Assembly: GCA_963693365.1 (NCBI GenBank)
Contig: CAVNZM010000001.1
Span: forward strand, 9,254,907 to 9,318,906
Direction: 5' to 3'
Source of the DNA: Amoebidium appalachense
Taxonomy: Eukaryota; Protista; Ichthyosporea
DNA length: 64,000 bases
Both the position numbers and the translations under genes were made by a program. Of this stretch, positions 53,089-64,000 are shown one piece after another. Below the pieces are notes generated by a model. That model saw only the letters and a program-made list of their open reading frames with translations, searched no databases and was not told the origin of the DNA. How positions within the stretch are numbered: position 1 is the stretch's first letter; each line of letters opens with the position of its first letter.

Positions 53089-54791
53089 GGCTGCATTTGA
53101 TTGGCTGTGCTGGAAAACGCAGTAGGCCGTCGAATGTGGCTGGGCCTCCGGCAATGTCCACGCAATAAAAAGTGTGTAAACCCCTTTGATTGGTACGTTC
53201 AGCACCAAATACCAAAAGTGACGCGCGCGCGGCACACTGCCAGTGGCAGGCAGCAGGCGCCGCACACACGTGTGTACACACACACGCACACACGAACACA
53301 CACACACGCACACCGTGAAACACACACACACACACGCACACGCACACACATTTACACACGCACACGCACGCACACAAGTGCACCAGCATATTAGGATTGA
53401 ACTTGCAGTGCATGTTATAATATGCATATGACACATGCACGTCACACCAATGTCACACAAACACAAACACAGACACACCCACGCACACGTGCCACGTATG
53501 TCCGTCTGTACATTGTGTGTACATATTCATCCACTGTGGTATGTGCTTCTGCGAGCGGGGGGAGAGGAAGAGAAAATGCAGCTTACATCTAGGAAATCTA
53601 GAGCGTGTGTGAGTGAGAGAGAACGGGGCTAGTGATAGGGAAATCACTTGAACATGCCGCATGGTGTTGGGGCAAAGTTCTTGGTTCTTGCTGCATTGAA
53701 CCGAACTCGGAAAATTTAATGCCCGTAGTTGCATAATATTTTATAAAACAAACAAAAAACTTGGAATATTGAGTTCAACGTGATGGTGCGATGACGGTCT
53801 GTTACACTTGTGAATTGCAGTGCACCGTTACAATTTAATATTCAAACCTTGCCAGTGATCATGAGCTCCCTTTCAAACCGCCTCGAGCGAACGTCACTAA
53901 CCCTCTTTTAAATTACACAGCTCTGTGAGCGGGCCAGTTCGAACGACTCTAGAGTCTGTTGATAATATTTCGCTGGATTGCCCTTGGCCCTTTACTCATC
54001 CGTACCCGATTGTTCTGAGTGTGTTCCGATATAGCAGCCTCGGAGGTGAAACTTTGCCCGACTTCTCAGTCCTCCCTTTAGAACTCCATATTTCGTATTA
54101 TACCCGGAATTTGAAAGCCATTTTTGTAGGACCGTTCTGGCAACATTTTCCGTATTTCACGAGACTCTCGCACTTCACTATCGTTTTTTTTTGGCTAGGA
54201 GTGTCATTGACCGAAAATAAGTCACACAAGTCCTCATGGTGATGATGTTGTGTGGACGGTGCCTGCCATCAACCGTTAGAAAAATCATGAGTCAGCAGGG
54301 AATTCGAAGGAATATTGAAGACAGTGCAGCAGCTGTGCAACAAATAGAATCATCTATCCCCCCCCCCCCCCCCCCCCCCCTCCCCCTCCCCCCTCCCCCT
54401 CTTCCCCACCACCACCACCACCGTGGCACCACCACAGTGTCACACACAAACACCGTGGCAACATGATCCTCGGTGAGTAGCAATAAATAGACATGCCAAT
54501 CCTATGAACCGGCGTGGGAAACATCAAGAAAGAAAGTAGCAAATGGAATGGAAGAAACAGATACCCAAACCCCAAGGAGGGACGGATAACGGTCCATTCA
54601 AATGTTCGTGTGTAGGGCCGGGGGAGATTGCGTGTGTGGGTGTGTGTGTGTGGCGGGGGGGGGGGGAGGGACGGCGGCGGGCGGGAGGGGGGGGGAGGGG
54701 GAGGGAGGGGGGGGGGGGGGAACAAGGTGGGGGGAGGAGGATGAAGAATGAAGGGGGGGAAGGGGGAGGGGGGATGATTTTTTTTTTATTT

Positions 54792-54838
<47 letters not shown>

Positions 54839-55263
54839 TATTATAGCGCTCACAAGCGCACCTAAGGCCCACAGGGCCCCTATGTGTTTTTATTCTTTCT
54901 TTTCTTTCTTTCTTTTTTTTTTGGGGGGGGGGGGGGGGGAGGAGGGGGGGGGGGGGGAGGGGGGGGGGAGGGGGGAGGGGGTCTTGCCGGAGAGGATATT
55001 TGGCGAGTCCATGCCAAGAGGGGGGAGAAGCAGGGGTAGTGTGCATCCGAGGAATTCCGTTTTATAATTAATTATTTTCTATTTTATTTTTTTTATTTTT
55101 CGGGGGGGGGGGGGGGGGGGAGGGGGGGGGGGATCGAAGAACATATACATTTGGTAGCTCCCAGGGAGGGGAAAGGGGGGGGGAGGGGAGGGGGAGAGGG
55201 GGGGAGGGGGCACCAAGCGTTGTGGGTGTGACTAGACGGTGAGGGATTGGAATATGGCGTGCG

Positions 55264-55304
<41 letters not shown>

Positions 55305-57006
55305 GGTGGCGGGGGGAGGTGGCAGGGGGCGGATAGGGCAAGACTGAGAGAGAGAAGAGGGTGAAGCCGGTCACTCAGTAACATGGGGGAGGCCGGGGGT
55401 GCACTAACAAGAAGGGAGACAGCTAGTGAGATGGGAAGTAGGAAGGAAGAACAGCAGCGAGAGCCTGGGGGCATTTGGGGGGGGGGGTATGGCAAAGGGA
55501 GAAGGACAGAGTGGGTGTGAGCATGATAGGCTGTGTGCGTTTTATGTGTGTTAGGAAGATTACAAAAGAGTGGGGTGGGGGGTAGGGCATTGCATGTGTT
55601 GTTTGGCCCGTTGGTTGGGGGGAGGGGGGGGGGGGGGGGGGGGGGGGGAGGGGGGAGATGGGGTGAATGAAAGGGTCAAAGAAGGGTTTGGCAGAGAGTT
55701 CATGGATACGGGGGAGAGGGGGGGAGGGGGGAGGGGAGGGGAGGGGGGGGTAGGGGCACACTGGAGAAGGCTGAGGCAGCGTCACGGAATACGAAGTGTG
55801 TATGTGGAGGGGACGGGAGGAAGAGCGAGAGATGTGATAAAAGTGCAAGTCTCATATGCAGAATGTTTGGTGGGGAAGGGTCTGCTTTAGAAGCCGGCAA
55901 TCTCATTCACGAGGCATACGGGGAGAGAGAAGGCCCCGAGGGAGGGGGGAGGGGGCAGGGGCGGGGGCCCGGGGGGAGGAGGGGGAGGGGGGTGGGGGGG
56001 GGGGGGGAGTTGCACTTGGGAAACCCGCAGAGAACGGATGAGCTGGGAGGGAAACGTGGAGGCAGAAGCGCAAGCCATACAGGGTACTTTGTGGGGGGAA
56101 GGGGTGGGTGGGTTAGGGGGGTAATTGAGATGCATAGTGAGAGTACGGTGTGTTTCAAGTGTGTGCGGCATCTGTGCATGGCGTTGGAAAGGCGACTGTC
56201 TGTCCATGTTCAAATGCTTTGTTTGTTTACCTAGACAGAAAGGTAGCAGTATTTGGAGTAGTGTTGTCTGTTGGGGATACACTTTTGGGCAACTTGAGCC
56301 ATGGAGGTTCGTATACTGCTTTGGATAAAGGCTTCCGTGCTGCCAAGTCACACTCTATCACAAATAACTTTACAGAGATTCGAAAAGTACTCGCCCATGA
56401 GGGAGGGATTACAACGTGCGTAACGATGCATGCGTGCCTCTTGGAGTTACTCGTATGCCGTCGCCAAGCCGTATACACGTAACAGCGCAGACTATGGGGC
56501 GCCGTTTGCTGCAAAATTCCTTCGATCCTTTTATCCAGCGGAAATCGGTCGATCGAAGACGGATCTAGCCTATTATGGGAAAACACCAAGGAAGCCAGCG
56601 CAAGGGTACTAAGTAAACACCCGTAAAACACCACACGCGACAAAAAAAATCAAGGATAGGAAATATTTTTTGTATATATAAAGGGTAAAACATCTTTTAT
56701 ATGTATATATATGAATAGATAAGGAAAAAGAGGAAGAGCGCCAGCTGCCGACCTTCACTAGTCTCAACCGCCGACCGACGACCGACGATATGCCCAGTAC
56801 GAACATCCGGTTGGTTTTTCGGCATCGGTCATCGGATCGATGGACCAACGATCGTCGTAACGACGATTCCAGTGCGACCGCACCCACGTTACGTAATCCG
56901 ACTGCCGTCTGCAGGGCAGTATGTCCCCATAAACACTCTAGGGTGCCCCTCCCCCCCTCCCCACACCAAGGCCTCCTATATACTAACAAAGAGGGCCTTT
57001 CCCCAC

Positions 57007-57123
<117 letters not shown>

Positions 57124-57330
57124 GACAGAGAAACTTTTATAAAGGTGAAGTTGTGGTAGCCTACTGTTAATATACAAACTCCGGTTTTTAAGTTCGTACA
57201 GTAAACAATCAGTCCAAACATCCCTGAAGGAAAAAAAGAACAAAGAGATCCAACGGCATTCACAGACAAAGCAGAGACGCAGACATCCCATTTCTAATTA
57301 GGTTTAGGTTTCATCTGTGACACAGGCACC

Positions 57331-62168
<4,838 letters not shown>

Positions 62169-62239
62169 GTGTGTGTGGGTGTGTTTGTGTGTGCGGGCGC
62201 AAGCGCGGGCGGCGAGCGCGTAAGTTACAAATGCGCCCT

Positions 62240-62641
<402 letters not shown>

Positions 62642-62744
62642 TGACGCTTGTGCGTATGCAATCGTATACACGGATGAACATGCAGAACTCCTTTCATTTC
62701 AGATTTTGTTGATTCTTATTGTTGATCTTTTTGTTTTTGTTTTA

Positions 62745-63310
62745 GTGCTAAGAGATGCAGTAACTAACAAGCACTTCAGTTTGCTAAGATAATCATGCTT
62801 GTAGCTAATCACGTCCGCTGGTTCGGCCCCTTTAGATTTAGATTTAAGTTGACTATTGTTTTGTTTCAATTGGTTTGCCTTTTGTGGGATAAATAATTGA
62901 TGAGTACTAAGAGGTGCTGTAAATACATATTTGGGCTAAGATAATCGTGATATGTGTAGTATTTAGTTGCGGCAGCTGGCTAGGCCCCTTTTTAACTTGC
63001 GATCAAAATGGGGGTTATTTAAATTAAAAAAAATTATACATATATCACTCAGTGGATTTTTTGTGATGTTGGATAAGCACTTATTGGTCAGTGAGTGCAA
63101 AGAGATAAGTCACAGACACGTTTAAGCCAAGATGTTCAATGCGCAGCCGTTGGTTCGGCACGTAATAAAATTGGTTACATTTTGCCTCAATAGGAATAAT
63201 TTTTTTTTTTGTGTCGAGTTGGATGAGTGCTCGGAGAGTGCTAAGATGGCAAGATGATAAGATAATCGTGTTTTATTATTTGTTTTAGAGAGGGGAGGGG
63301 GCCGGGGGAA

Positions 63311-63347
<37 letters not shown>

Positions 63348-63605
63348 TGATGGGGAACCCAACTAATTTTTTCGATTTATCAGTTTGTACGACACTTCAT
63401 TGATCCCTGATCATGATTTATAATTAACGCCGAGGGGATATACCGAGCAAAACCCCCATACATGAGACTGGTCTCTCTTGTGCCTCGAGTAAACAGCGTA
63501 AACTACCATTACTATTTTAACAGGTTTTGTAACAGTTGGGTGAGCTACTGTGCTCAGTGAGTGCTAAGAGATAATTTGAAGCAGATACATATTTGGGCTA
63601 CGTTT
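62745..63605. repeat. Old degenerate tandem array, ~150-190 bp unit
   Basis: Recurring AGTGCTAAGAGAT / ATACATATTTGGGCTA / GCTAAGATAATC(A/G)TG / TGGTTCGGC(CCCTTT) blocks starting near 62745, 62903, 63094, 63237 and 63560. Confidence 0.6.
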
Positions 63606-64000
63606 ATATATTTCGTCAGTGCATGTGGCTATTATTAAATCCCAGCCGTCTGGCGTGCATAATGATTGTGTTGATAAAATGTCACTCTCCCTCCCCGTGC
63701 CCCCCCCCCCCCCCCTCCCCCCCCCCCCCCCCCCCCCCCCCCATTCCCTTCTCTCTAGCACATGCACAACGTCGTGGCACTGCGCACACATGCATGATGC
63801 ATCATGGCCAGCAACACACACTACTACTGAGAAACAACACGCATTATACACGTAGACACACGCACACATCATCGTGTGATACATGCTGCAGAAGACGCAC
63901 ACGTGCGACGCCATGACACTGTACGGGCAAAGTGCACCCGGTAGCACAGGCAGACACTAGCTAGGCACAATCACCTCTTCACGGCACCGGTACCGCGTGC

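Overview
Eukaryotic nuclear DNA with spliceosomal GT-AG introns packed with poly(G)/poly(C) runs and (CA)n/(GA)n/(TA)n microsatellites. Almost all ORFs in the supplied track are low-complexity artefacts. By hand-splicing I can support six host genes: (1) an 11-exon receptor tyrosine kinase (minus, ~1273 aa) whose ectodomain is built of Chlamydia-Pmp-like GGA(I/V)+FxxN beta-helix repeats, with one apparent 1-nt frameshift in a G-run; (2,3) two intronless single-finger C2H2 proteins that share a C-terminal GLxLLAKAA motif; (4) a 5-exon C3HC4 RING protein followed by decaying tandem copies of its own 3' end; (5) a 4-exon secreted metallo-beta-lactamase-fold hydrolase; (6) a 5-exon MMACHC/CblC-like cobalamin-processing protein. 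Mobile DNA comprises a 5'-truncated non-LTR retrotransposon with an open RT frame, an older LINE relic, two hAT-like non-autonomous elements and several MITE-like or palindromic structures. The gene content suggests a unicellular holozoan such as an ichthyosporean (inference only). The most interesting signals are the adhesin-like RTK, a possible rule pairing weak 5' splice sites with an immediately downstream C-run, and the paired C2H2 factors with a Sin3-interaction-like motif. No database searches were run; exon boundaries are manual predictions.
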